Assembly: GCA_903831745.1 (NCBI GenBank)
Contig: CAIKYX010000274.1
Location: forward strand, 25,063-89,062
Reading direction: 5' to 3'
Source of the DNA: Oligoflexia bacterium
Lineage (GTDB): Bacteria; Bdellovibrionota; UBA1018; CAIMNF01
Length of the DNA: 64,000 nt
Below, piece by piece: positions 9,295-18,368 of this stretch (the first letter of the stretch is position 1; each line of letters opens with the position of its first letter). A program made the position numbers and the translations under genes. The notes below the pieces were generated by a model. The model was not told the DNA's origin. It did not search any database and saw only the letters and a program-made list of their open reading frames with translations.

Positions 9295-10770
9295 CTATTT
9301 GCAAACCCGAACCGGGCGAAACCCCAGTGACTTGCTTTTTGCCAATGTTGCCGGCACCTTATAGCGTCGGGCAAAACGAGCATCCCGAAGTGCGAAACCA
9401 AAGCCCGACCCGCGGGCAATCCGATTTCCTTCGAGATCAGAAGTAAACGTCCACTGCGCGACATTTCCGATCATGTCGGCAAGTCCAAACGCATTTCTAA
9501 AACGAAACAACACTTCATGGGTGGTGCCCAGATTCATATTGATGTCGCCCGGATCTTCATTTACTCCTGCATTTACGGCAAGTTTTCGCGCTTCATCGTT
9601 CCAGGCATCAAAAATCAAAGTCGAATTCGGAACTTCTCCATTCGGATACGCAGTCGTGATTCCGGCACGTGCGGCAAACTCCCACTCTTCTTCAGTGGGC
9701 AAGCGATAAACACAGCCATCGCCGATGTCGTTCAGGCGTTTGATAAAGCTATCGGTCTTTCCGCAATCGTAAGGATTGGTTTGCTCGGGCTTAACCTCAC
9801 CACAAATATCCGAGAAGCGAACGGATTCGACTGGATTGTTTACACAAGTTCCGCCACGGGCCGGGTCCCACATGCGTGGGCAATTCTCGTATTCGTGATA
9901 GACAGAAGGATTGAACTCCATCACCCGATAAAACATATCCTGGGTGACCGATGACTCGAGCATCTCGAAATCTTCTTTTAAAACGACTTCGCGCTGGGTT
10001 TCATTCGGATAACGCCCGTATTCGTTCTCGGGCGAACCCATCTTAAATTTTTTGCCCTTGGCTTTAATCGGCAGATACGAAAGCATGTGCCCGAAAGTTT
10101 CGTTCGGATTGATCGGAAGTTCGAAGTACAGCTCGCCCTTTAAATACGAGTAGCTCACCAGTTTTCCGATTTGCTCAGATAAGAAATAATCCGAATCCGG
10201 AACGAGATTGTGCTCGATACCGGCCAAAGCCGCGTATTCGTGATGAATGAGTTCGAACAACTTTTTTGCCCGATCCGAATTATTGGTTCCGACTTTGCCG
10301 AATCCTTCGATTTCGCAAATGAGATGAGAGAGGCGGTCTTTCTTGGCGAGATAGACGCCCTTACAGACTTTCTTGTCGTCGCCGACGTAAGTGTTCTTCA
10401 ATTCGTCATTTCGATCTTGATCTTTTTCGTGAATGACCGAAACGATGACAGCACCTTGGCTGAGCACCTCTTTCATACCATAAGGCTTATGATTCTTGGT
10501 TCCGTTGACATAAACGTCCCAGGTCAACCGGTCCTTAAAATCAAGCTTTTTGGCACTGCGGGTATACAAGAATTGCCCGAGTTGGTCGCGTAGCTTTTTA
10601 ATCTCAGTTTCAGTGGGATCGCCGCCCCCACCCCTGACACTTCCGCCTTCATCATATTTGATGATGCCGGTTTCGAAAGGGTCGTAACTGTCTTCTACTG
10701 TTTGGGCATGAACGATCGGCGTCAGCACGCACATCAAGAGACCAGCAAAAATTGGTTTTAAAAAGGACAT
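9295..10770 (-). CDS. Secreted FGE-sulfatase (SUMF1/formylglycine-generating-enzyme) domain protein with unassigned ~230-aa N-terminal domain
   Basis: Signal peptide 'MSFLKPIFAGLLMCVLTPIVHA'. C-terminal ~255 aa carry FGE hallmarks ('KFKMGSPENEYGRYPNETQREV', 'YRLPTEEEWEFAARAG', 'GNVAQWTF', 'RGSGFG'). The N-terminal half matches nothing I recognise. Confidence 0.75.
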   Translation of the reverse strand: MSFLKPIFAGLLMCVLTPIVHAQTVEDSYDPFETGIIKYDEGGSVRGGGGDPTETEIKKLRDQLGQFLYTRSAKKLDFKDRLTWDVYVNGTKNHKPYGMKEVLSQGAVIVSVIHEKDQDRNDELKNTYVGDDKKVCKGVYLAKKDRLSHLICEIEGFGKVGTNNSDRAKKLFELIHHEYAALAGIEHNLVPDSDYFLSEQIGKLVSYSYLKGELYFELPINPNETFGHMLSYLPIKAKGKKFKMGSPENEYGRYPNETQREVVLKEDFEMLESSVTQDMFYRVMEFNPSVYHEYENCPRMWDPARGGTCVNNPVESVRFSDICGEVKPEQTNPYDCGKTDSFIKRLNDIGDGCVYRLPTEEEWEFAARAGITTAYPNGEVPNSTLIFDAWNDEARKLAVNAGVNEDPGDINMNLGTTHEVLFRFRNAFGLADMIGNVAQWTFTSDLEGNRIARGSGFGFALRDARFARRYKVPATLAKSKSLGFRPVRVCK

Positions 10771-11684
10771 TACTGAAGGGTCTCCTGCTGGGTCGGGCTT
10801 TTATTTTGGGCGATCGGTACCGTCTTACTTTTTACCGCAGACAAAGATGAAGCTTCCGTAGCCGTCATTTTCATCAGCTGCATGTTGAGATGCACCACGG
10901 AATCGCTTGGGCCGGCGATGCCTTCGAGTTTGATCAGATTAAACAGAAACTCATTCATTTTATCGATGATTCGGGGATAAACTTTGTGGTGAATCGAAAA
11001 GTTGGCCCCGACGAGGTAACGCTCATCGAGCTCATCGTTATGTAGCGAATCATAGGCGAGTTTCAGCGATTCATTATGATATTTGCGTAAGAAGAAATTC
11101 GTATTCAGGTCGACTTCCTTGAAAAACTTTTGTTTGACCACGAAACGAGTAGTGGTTCGCTCGATAAACCCTTCGTGCTCGAGATCCTGAATGGCGTCTT
11201 CTACTTCTTGCTGGGTGTAGCGGTTTTTCATCAACAGGGCGATGCCCTCGACCGTCGACGGGCAGCGCTCGAGATCGAGCACATTCAGCAAGGTCATATG
11301 AATGACCGAAGTCTTTAATACCGAATCAGTAAAAGGATTTTTTGAAGTTGCATGGGCTTTCTGAAGTACCATCAATTTCTGAAACAAATCAAAAGCGCCT
11401 GGCGAACCCTGAGCTGCTTCGAACTTATGAAGACAGACGGCGTATTCCTGCTCTTCTTGAGAGAGACCAAAATGGATCGCGAGTTTGCCGAGTTGCAGAA
11501 GGCTCGGGCGCTGCTGCCCCTTGAGAATTCCTCGAACCAGAGTTCGAGATTTCAATCCACAGGCTACGGCAATTTTATCGTAAGAAAACGACTCGTCTGC
11601 GGCATGCAAAAATTCATACGCATCCTGAAAGTACTCCTGATAGTTCGAGTACTTAAAAATCGAAAAGGGCACTCGGTTCGACAT
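10770..11684 (-). CDS. TIGR02147-like putative HTH regulator
   Basis: N-terminus 'FSIFKYSNYQEYFQDAYEFLHAADESFSYDKIAVACGLKSRTLVRGIL' matches the YxxYRxFLxDxY + HTH pattern of the TIGR02147/DUF4423 family. 1-nt stop/start overlap with the FGE-domain gene. Confidence 0.45.
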   Translation of the reverse strand: MSNRVPFSIFKYSNYQEYFQDAYEFLHAADESFSYDKIAVACGLKSRTLVRGILKGQQRPSLLQLGKLAIHFGLSQEEQEYAVCLHKFEAAQGSPGAFDLFQKLMVLQKAHATSKNPFTDSVLKTSVIHMTLLNVLDLERCPSTVEGIALLMKNRYTQQEVEDAIQDLEHEGFIERTTTRFVVKQKFFKEVDLNTNFFLRKYHNESLKLAYDSLHNDELDERYLVGANFSIHHKVYPRIIDKMNEFLFNLIKLEGIAGPSDSVVHLNMQLMKMTATEASSLSAVKSKTVPIAQNKSPTQQETLQ

Positions 11685-11870
11685 GGGTGCAGATGATGCA
11701 ATATCATATTATACAAGTCAAGTTTATGAATGCGTCAGATCGCGCCATTAAATTAATTAAATTTAATAGAATCAAGAGCTTGTAAATTCTTGACAGTTTT
11801 AGTTTTTATTCTTAGACTGCGGGCATTCATCAGAAACAAGCCCAACGCGTTTTGGGAACAGGAATATTTT

Positions 11871-12491
11871 ATGAAGAAGACCGTAATGATCGCCCTACTG
11901 GCCGTAGCCCCACTCCTCGCCTCAACCTCGTTTGCCAAAGGGTTTCATGAGTGCGGAAAATCAACGCACGGTTTTGGTGATGAGCAGAACACATTGATCA
12001 ATACCTTCGTTGAAGAATTCATGTTCTATCCCGTTTGTTACTATTCAGGCATTGGCGATAATGGCATCCAAATCAATGCTTACGAAACCAAAGTGGGAGC
12101 GAACTTTACTCTTTCGTTTAGCGGAGTAGCCACTGCTACCCTCCTGACCAATCACAATTCCTCGGTAAACTTTTGCGAGGTAAGCCTTCAGAATCAAGCG
12201 TTGGTCCTCCGGCCTTCATCTTCAAACCCAGCATGCCAATCGGTCGTACAGAAATTACACGTACAGAATCCTGGCCGTTATCAGGCCATTACTAAAATTC
12301 TCAATGGCCTCGTCAACACTTACACTTTGACCCAGACTAAAGATAAACCTCAGAACTCAATCGACCTCTATGCGACGACTAAGGTTCAAGATGCTACCAA
12401 AATTCCATACGCAATCACAGATTACCGCGATCTGAAAACAAAGATCCAGGATGATATTCGCACGTATTCTAGCTCGTTCTATCGATTCTAG
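11871..12491 (+). CDS. Secreted hypothetical protein
   Basis: The track ORF starts at 11790, but the signal peptide 'MKKTVMIALLAVAPLLASTSFA' begins at the in-frame ATG 11871. No family recognised. Confidence 0.5.
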   Translation: MKKTVMIALLAVAPLLASTSFAKGFHECGKSTHGFGDEQNTLINTFVEEFMFYPVCYYSGIGDNGIQINAYETKVGANFTLSFSGVATATLLTNHNSSVNFCEVSLQNQALVLRPSSSNPACQSVVQKLHVQNPGRYQAITKILNGLVNTYTLTQTKDKPQNSIDLYATTKVQDATKIPYAITDYRDLKTKIQDDIRTYSSSFYRF

Positions 12492-12492
12492 A

Positions 12493-14532
12493 CTACCGAA
12501 TATGCAGCTTCTTTAAAAACGCTGCAGTATTCGGCTTACGACCCAAGAACTGAGTTAAGAGATCGAGCGCTTCTTTCATGTCACCCATTTCGAGAATAAT
12601 CTTTCGATATTGAGCGCCCACTTTTGGATTCAGCAGATTGTGTTTGAAGCGGGTAAACATGTCTTCGGCATAAACTTCAGACCAAAGATAACCGTAATAA
12701 CCCGCATCGTAGCCGCCCATTAAATGACCGAAGGTTGCCGGAAAACGAGTATTCGGCATGGCATCGACTCCGACCATACGGGTAAAGATTTTATTGTAGG
12801 TTTCGGTCGTATCGATTTTTCCGGGAGTAGTCGAATACGTCATGTCGGTGAGCGCGAACACCAACTGACGGGTGTATTTATAACCTTGATTGAAATCGCG
12901 AGCTCGAACCATCTGCTTAAGCAGCTCTTCCGGAAGTTTCTTCGCGTTGTCGAGATAATGGCCCGAAAGCATCTTCAGAATCGAGCGATCCCACGGCCAA
13001 TTCTCGAGCATTTGTGAAGGCGCTTCTACGAAATCCTGAGCCACTGCCGAGCCCGAGATGCTGGCGTAAGGACCACGAGTCAAGGTCTGATGCATGATGT
13101 GCCCGAACTCATGAAACACAGTCACCACATCGTCGTGCGAAAGAAGTGAAGGTTTGCCGTTCGCAGGAGGATTCAAATTGGCCACGATCGCAGATACTGG
13201 CTGACTGTAACCGTTTGGCAACATGCGCCCCATGATGAGCGGAAACGCCGCTGCGTGACCATATTTTTTCGGACGGGGGTTAAAATCGGTATAGAAATAA
13301 CCAATCAGCTTTTGATCCGAATGATTGATGATCTGATAAAGTTTTACATCGGGAGACCAAACTTCGGCATCTTTTACTTCTTTATAATCGACTCCGAGTA
13401 ATTGCGAATAGACTTTAAAGATTCCGTCAATGACGAGATTTGCAGGAAAGTACTCACGAATTTTTTCTTCATCGAGTTTAAAATCACGTTTTTTCAGCTG
13501 ATAAGCGAGATAATTGATATCCCAATTTTCGACCTTAGTCGCTTTCGGATCGAGCTCTTTCTTAAACTTCAGCAATTTTTGCATGTCTTCGCGATTGCGT
13601 TTGGCCAACTTGCCCTCTAAGCCATGCAAGAAATCGAGAACTGTTTTTGAATCTTTGGCCATCCGTCCGTGAATACGGTAATCGCCCCAGACCGAATAAC
13701 CCATCAGGGCTGCAATCTGCTGTCTTAAACCGATTGCTTGTTCGAGAAGCTCGGTATTGGGTGCCCCGCCTCGGCTATAATAAGCTGCCAACCACTTGCG
13801 GCGACCTTCGCTGTTAGAAGCATTCGGAAGAAATACGGTGTAGTCACTTTCTCGTGCGTTCAGAATACAATGTTTTCCATCCGCAGTTTTCTTAAGCCCA
13901 GCGCGGTAATCGGTCGGCGCTCCGGCGATTTCTTCTTCAGTCAGCTCGACAGTCGAAGTATCGTTGTTCAGGTTGGTCGCGAATTTCGATTCGAGTACCG
14001 AAAGTTTTTGTTTCAAGTCTTTGACTTGCGCAAGCTTGTCGTCTGGTAATTTCAAACCGTTCTGTTCGAAGCCTTTCAGGGTTTCTGACAATAGGCGTTT
14101 TTCGGCATCGTTGCGAGGCGCCTTAGCCTGAACCGCCAGATAGAGGTCTTTGCGGGTAATGATTTCGACTCCGAACTCATTGACCTTCTCTTCGCAGGCA
14201 GAGCCTTCGGCATGAGTTCCCTCATCCATCGATACGTAACCCATAAAAGTCAGAGGTAAGGTCAGATCTGAGAAATCGGCGGTAACCGATTCGAACGCAA
14301 GAAGAGTGTTATCGAGCGTACGTTTGTCTTGCGGAATGGCCGCAATCGCATCAAGTTTTGCACGCGTGGTTTTGATCGCGTCGTTACATTGCGCAGTGAC
14401 CGCTCCTTTTGCAAAGTGAGCCTTCACTACCGACATTCCCGCTGCTTTCGGAGGTGCAACCGCTTTGGTGCTACAAGCAGCGAGTGAAATAAGAGAAAGA
14501 GCCAGAATGGCAATCGAGTTGGAATTTTTCAT
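12493..14532 (-). CDS. M3-family zinc metallo-oligopeptidase (Dcp/oligopeptidase A/thimet-like), lipoprotein
   Basis: 'FHEFGHIMHQ...AQDFVEAPSQMLENW' is the M3 HEXXH plus downstream Glu motif. Lipobox 'LISLAAC' follows the signal peptide. Confidence 0.85.
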   Translation of the reverse strand: MKNSNSIAILALSLISLAACSTKAVAPPKAAGMSVVKAHFAKGAVTAQCNDAIKTTRAKLDAIAAIPQDKRTLDNTLLAFESVTADFSDLTLPLTFMGYVSMDEGTHAEGSACEEKVNEFGVEIITRKDLYLAVQAKAPRNDAEKRLLSETLKGFEQNGLKLPDDKLAQVKDLKQKLSVLESKFATNLNNDTSTVELTEEEIAGAPTDYRAGLKKTADGKHCILNARESDYTVFLPNASNSEGRRKWLAAYYSRGGAPNTELLEQAIGLRQQIAALMGYSVWGDYRIHGRMAKDSKTVLDFLHGLEGKLAKRNREDMQKLLKFKKELDPKATKVENWDINYLAYQLKKRDFKLDEEKIREYFPANLVIDGIFKVYSQLLGVDYKEVKDAEVWSPDVKLYQIINHSDQKLIGYFYTDFNPRPKKYGHAAAFPLIMGRMLPNGYSQPVSAIVANLNPPANGKPSLLSHDDVVTVFHEFGHIMHQTLTRGPYASISGSAVAQDFVEAPSQMLENWPWDRSILKMLSGHYLDNAKKLPEELLKQMVRARDFNQGYKYTRQLVFALTDMTYSTTPGKIDTTETYNKIFTRMVGVDAMPNTRFPATFGHLMGGYDAGYYGYLWSEVYAEDMFTRFKHNLLNPKVGAQYRKIILEMGDMKEALDLLTQFLGRKPNTAAFLKKLHIR

Positions 14533-14742
14533 AGTCCTCTCATTTTGAACAAAGGACGCGAAAATTGAAATGATTTTCTTTGATGAAGGCGGATTGCTTC
14601 AGAAAACCGTTCTGTCATTCAAGACCCTACCGGCTATTTTCAATGGTTTTAATTGATGACGTCGAGGAGGCGGTGCGCTCTTTCGATTTCGTCTACCGAG
14701 CTAATTGTTGACTAATTTAATTTTATATTATAAAGTCCCCGC

Positions 14743-15120
14743 ATGTTTTCTATCTCAAAATTTAATGGCCTTGCCCTAGTTTGCACATTAATGGTCGGAA
14801 CCATTCAAATCGCCACCGCTCAGACTAAAACGCGGAAACCTGGTGTCGACTTTGTAATTGCCAATCCAAATAGTGATAATTTTATTGTAGAAGAGAAAAC
14901 ACCTAACGAGTGGACTGTTTTTTTTGTGTCGAATAATTATGATACATCGAGAAAAGTATACACTTTCACTGGGCATGCACCCCATGAAAAGCCAGCCGAA
15001 CTCACCTCCTATATTCAAAAAGCAAAGAGTGTATTCGAACAAGCTAAGACACACCAAGTGTGGGTAGAATTCACGCCGAACACCCAGAGCATCAATGTTT
15101 CTAATGTGCCGCTTAAATAA
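14743..15120 (+). CDS. Small secreted hypothetical protein
   Basis: Signal peptide 'MFSISKFNGLALVCTLMVGTIQIATA'. Low-GC coding sequence. No family recognised. Confidence 0.45.
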   Translation: MFSISKFNGLALVCTLMVGTIQIATAQTKTRKPGVDFVIANPNSDNFIVEEKTPNEWTVFFVSNNYDTSRKVYTFTGHAPHEKPAELTSYIQKAKSVFEQAKTHQVWVEFTPNTQSINVSNVPLK

Positions 15121-15121
15121 C

Positions 15122-15514
15122 ATGCTTTCCATGATTCTTAAAAATGCTTGCGCTGCAATTTTGTTCATCATGTTCACGAGCGAAAACGCGCTGGCGAAGG
15201 TAATGTGCTTTAACGATGGTCCGAGTTCTCCCGGAGTTCATGTCATTCATATCGAGCAAAATCTTGCTGTCGAAAATACGACTTCAGATAAAGCGTCACT
15301 GAGATGCTATGACGGTCAATACGGAAGCCTCATTTTAGATAAAAAAGAATATCGGTTTGTAGTCGCTGGGTGCGGATCTCTCGAAACCCTGCTCTTTCGG
15401 AATCAACTGATTGGCTATCCATTAGCCGCTCGGGTTACGCTCAGCGATTCGTTTTTGGTTGAGGCATGGTCTTTTGTAGCGCCCCCTTCTCGGAAAGATT
15501 GTCCAGATTCCTGA
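15122..15514 (+). CDS. Small secreted Cys-containing hypothetical protein
   Basis: In-frame ATG at 15122 gives signal peptide 'MLSMILKNACAAILFIMFTSENALA'. The track start 15095 overlaps the previous gene. Confidence 0.4.
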   Translation: MLSMILKNACAAILFIMFTSENALAKVMCFNDGPSSPGVHVIHIEQNLAVENTTSDKASLRCYDGQYGSLILDKKEYRFVVAGCGSLETLLFRNQLIGYPLAARVTLSDSFLVEAWSFVAPPSRKDCPDS

Positions 15515-15545
15515 TTTTATAGAAAACAGAAGGAGAACAGAACAC

Positions 15546-16397
15546 TTGAACTGGATCGCAATTTTATTGATGGCCACGATTCCATGCTCAAGGGCTTTCG
15601 CTCAAAACGATCCTGTTCCTATTCAAGTTTCGCATGTCTCCAATTCGGGTTTTTCCGGCATCGGGCTTAAGAACGATATGATCATGGAGTCGGGTGACGC
15701 CAAACCGAGAGCCAATCTTCTGTTTCGAACGAACGTAGACCTTTTTGATGGCGGCAACTCGACCTACATGACCTTGGATTTCGACATCCGGGTTCAAATC
15801 GGTGCAAAAAAATTCTCGTTCTACACCCAGCCAGTCAGAATCAATCATGACGAATTTTTGCATTACGATTTTGCCGACCTGTTACGCTGCGGCCTCGTGT
15901 TCATTCCGAATGGTCATTACAGCGCCTATTTTCTTGCGGGAATGTCCAATATCACTCTCGACCCCAGTCATCCTGCACTGAATGGTGCGTATAGCGCCGG
16001 CCTGGCAACGGTTTGGGCAAAAGGCGTTGATGCCGAGGCGACCTATCGCCGTGAAGAATTTAAAATCGTAATTTACCTTCATTACAGGCGGGGGATCTCA
16101 ACTGACGGCGCTACCGATCCAACCGGCTTTACCATCAACGACCGGCTGACGATTCAAAACTGTGAATACGGAGTCTGCGGAGAATTTGCAATGGCGCCAG
16201 GCGTGGGATTAGCCGTGGGCCTCGAGAACACCCAACTTACGACCGAACAAACGAGAAACATCCTGTTCGCCCTCAATCCTTCAGCCAATCAAAAAGTATA
16301 CGAAAATGTCATCCGCGATAATGCTTTCAAGGCAACCGTGGGAGTCAAAGTGCTGCTGCAAAGCAGAAAGCACAAATCCGACGCGGACCAGGAATAG
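15546..16397 (+). CDS. Secreted hypothetical protein
   Basis: Signal peptide 'MNWIAILLMATIPCSRAFA'. No family recognised. Confidence 0.45.
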   Translation: MNWIAILLMATIPCSRAFAQNDPVPIQVSHVSNSGFSGIGLKNDMIMESGDAKPRANLLFRTNVDLFDGGNSTYMTLDFDIRVQIGAKKFSFYTQPVRINHDEFLHYDFADLLRCGLVFIPNGHYSAYFLAGMSNITLDPSHPALNGAYSAGLATVWAKGVDAEATYRREEFKIVIYLHYRRGISTDGATDPTGFTINDRLTIQNCEYGVCGEFAMAPGVGLAVGLENTQLTTEQTRNILFALNPSANQKVYENVIRDNAFKATVGVKVLLQSRKHKSDADQE

Positions 16398-16403
16398 CAG
16401 GAT

Positions 16404-18134
16404 TTACTTCTGAATTTCGATGACTTTGGCTTGAGCCACAGCCTTGGGCTTGCCCAACTCGAGAGTCTTCTGCGCGTAAATTGCAATCAGATCGAGTCCT
16501 TCATTCACCAGTTCGAACGCATGCATGGTTTCTTTCGCCATTTGACCGATCGTTTCGCCAGTCGCATTGTGCATCATCTGCTGATACCACTTCACGAAAC
16601 AATCGAGTTCAGGCTCTACTTGCACTACGCGAGACATCAATGCCTCGATCTCGAGCAATTTTCTTCCATGCTCTTCGATCTGATCGCGGTCTTCGATGCT
16701 CATCAAATGAGGAGTCTTGATCGAGTCCGAGGTAATCCGCAATTGATCTGCCTGAGCGTGGCCTTCTAAACAAAGCTTGCTCATCACTTTCACAGAGTCC
16801 TTGGCTACTCGGATTCGCTTCATCAACTCTGGATTGGCTTTTACCTTGGCAATCTCGAGATCGACATTCGGCAACCAACCGCAAAACCAGGCACGGGCCA
16901 TCTGCCCCCGCATGCGAAACATCCAAGTTTCGAAATTGAGTGGAGTGGCAAAGATATTTTCGTAACAAACCCCACCGCCTTCATTACCCGGACGGATTCG
17001 AGAACGGTAGATTTGAACCTGATCAATCGCATCTGCGAATCCGAGGTTCGAGAAATGGGTTTTGATATCGAAAGAATTCTTATGAAACCATTCACTGAAA
17101 AAATAGGACCAGGTCGCATAGGTAACTCCAGGTAGAAACGAATCACCAAAAGTCAGGGCGATGTGACCGTTTCCGTAAGGTCCCGACTCGGTCCATTTCA
17201 ACGAATGCGAGTCTTGCGGCGAGTTCAAATAAAGCACCCGCAAATTGATCAGCGAAGCGAGATCGACGATCGCGCCCGGCCCAGAAATCATCCACACGCA
17301 TTGTGAAAGCACCTGCACTAACGAATCAAAATGCAAATTACCGGTAAAATTGATGATGCGCGGATTCGATTCCGTATCCCAATCGCACGGAGTTTCGCCG
17401 ACCATGACGATTCCTGCATCCGGATGTCGTTTCAGGATCATGGCGACCAGTTCAGAACCCCGCTCACCGACCGAACGCGAATGCACGGCGATCCACTTCA
17501 GGTTTTTAGGACGCGCAAGCCAGGTGCTTGAGTGATTCTCTGGCACCACCTTGAAAAAGTATTTTGAAGTAACCGCAAGCGAGCTCGCATCCGGGTGCGG
17601 ATCGCCCGCATGAATCTGAAGGGCAGTCAGAAGCTGAGTCGTAATGACGTCGATGACATGGATGTCCTGCTCGATCGGGGTTCTCATCCACGCCTGACGG
17701 TACATGCTCCAGGCGTCGTAAGAACCAAAACTCAGGTCTTCACGCAAATAATCACCGAATTTAATGATGGCCGGAATGAGTGTCGCCGTAATCGCAGCCA
17801 TTCGTGCATAGCGATTGCTTTGCGTCCAGTTGGTTAAAATGTCGTATTGTTCGTGAATGACTTGATCGATCCAGACGGCCACCTTCTTAACCGGATCCTC
17901 GCCTTCCTTGAAAGAAGGGGTTTCGATCACGCTCGAGAGCCACTCAATTCGTTTTACCGGCGCCGATACATCCTTACGGACAATGACATGCAAACTCATT
18001 TCGGGATAAAGGTGTTTGATCGCTTTTAAGGCCATCAATGAGCGAAATACTTCATCGACTCCACCCAATTGAATGATCAGGATCGAGAATTTTTTTCGAA
18101 GCGTGGGTTCAGACGGTTTTGATGCGACATTCAT
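16404..18134 (-). CDS. Glycosyltransferase family 9 (LPS heptosyltransferase-like) with ~250-aa C-terminal extension
   Basis: N-terminal 'KFSILIIQLGGVDEVFRSLMALKAIKHLYPEMSLHVIV' and 'GNLHFDSLVQVLSQCVWMISGPGAIVDLASLINLRVLYL' match GT9 N- and C-lobes. Residues ~330-576 have no recognisable family. Confidence 0.65.
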   Translation of the reverse strand: MNVASKPSEPTLRKKFSILIIQLGGVDEVFRSLMALKAIKHLYPEMSLHVIVRKDVSAPVKRIEWLSSVIETPSFKEGEDPVKKVAVWIDQVIHEQYDILTNWTQSNRYARMAAITATLIPAIIKFGDYLREDLSFGSYDAWSMYRQAWMRTPIEQDIHVIDVITTQLLTALQIHAGDPHPDASSLAVTSKYFFKVVPENHSSTWLARPKNLKWIAVHSRSVGERGSELVAMILKRHPDAGIVMVGETPCDWDTESNPRIINFTGNLHFDSLVQVLSQCVWMISGPGAIVDLASLINLRVLYLNSPQDSHSLKWTESGPYGNGHIALTFGDSFLPGVTYATWSYFFSEWFHKNSFDIKTHFSNLGFADAIDQVQIYRSRIRPGNEGGGVCYENIFATPLNFETWMFRMRGQMARAWFCGWLPNVDLEIAKVKANPELMKRIRVAKDSVKVMSKLCLEGHAQADQLRITSDSIKTPHLMSIEDRDQIEEHGRKLLEIEALMSRVVQVEPELDCFVKWYQQMMHNATGETIGQMAKETMHAFELVNEGLDLIAIYAQKTLELGKPKAVAQAKVIEIQK

Positions 18135-18301
18135 GCAGAACCCTCGGCCGAGGTTTTATTGGTTTGGGAGGCGGCAATAGCCAGCTCTTCCTCGTTCAAT
18201 ATCTCGAGCGCGAGTTCTTCTATCAATTTCAGCACATTTTTAGGGCGCTGTTCGGGGTCGGTGACGATTTTTCCCTGCAAAAGGTGTATATCCGCTGTCA
18301 T
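18131..18301 (-). CDS. Small ORF (56 aa) translationally coupled to the GT9 gene
   Basis: Hand-translated: 'MTADIHLLQGKIVTDPEQRPKNVLKLIEELALEILNEEELAIAASQTNKTSAEGSA'. Strong SD 'GGAGG' lies 5 nt upstream of the ATG. Stop TGA overlaps the GT9 ATG (ATGA). Absent from the track because it is under 60 aa. Confidence 0.3.
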   Translation of the reverse strand: MTADIHLLQGKIVTDPEQRPKNVLKLIEELALEILNEEELAIAASQTNKTSAEGSA

Positions 18302-18368
18302 TTGTCCTCCGTGACAAAAAACGAGTGCCTCAGGCCATCTTTGGCCCGAGAATCATTTCACTCTCTTT

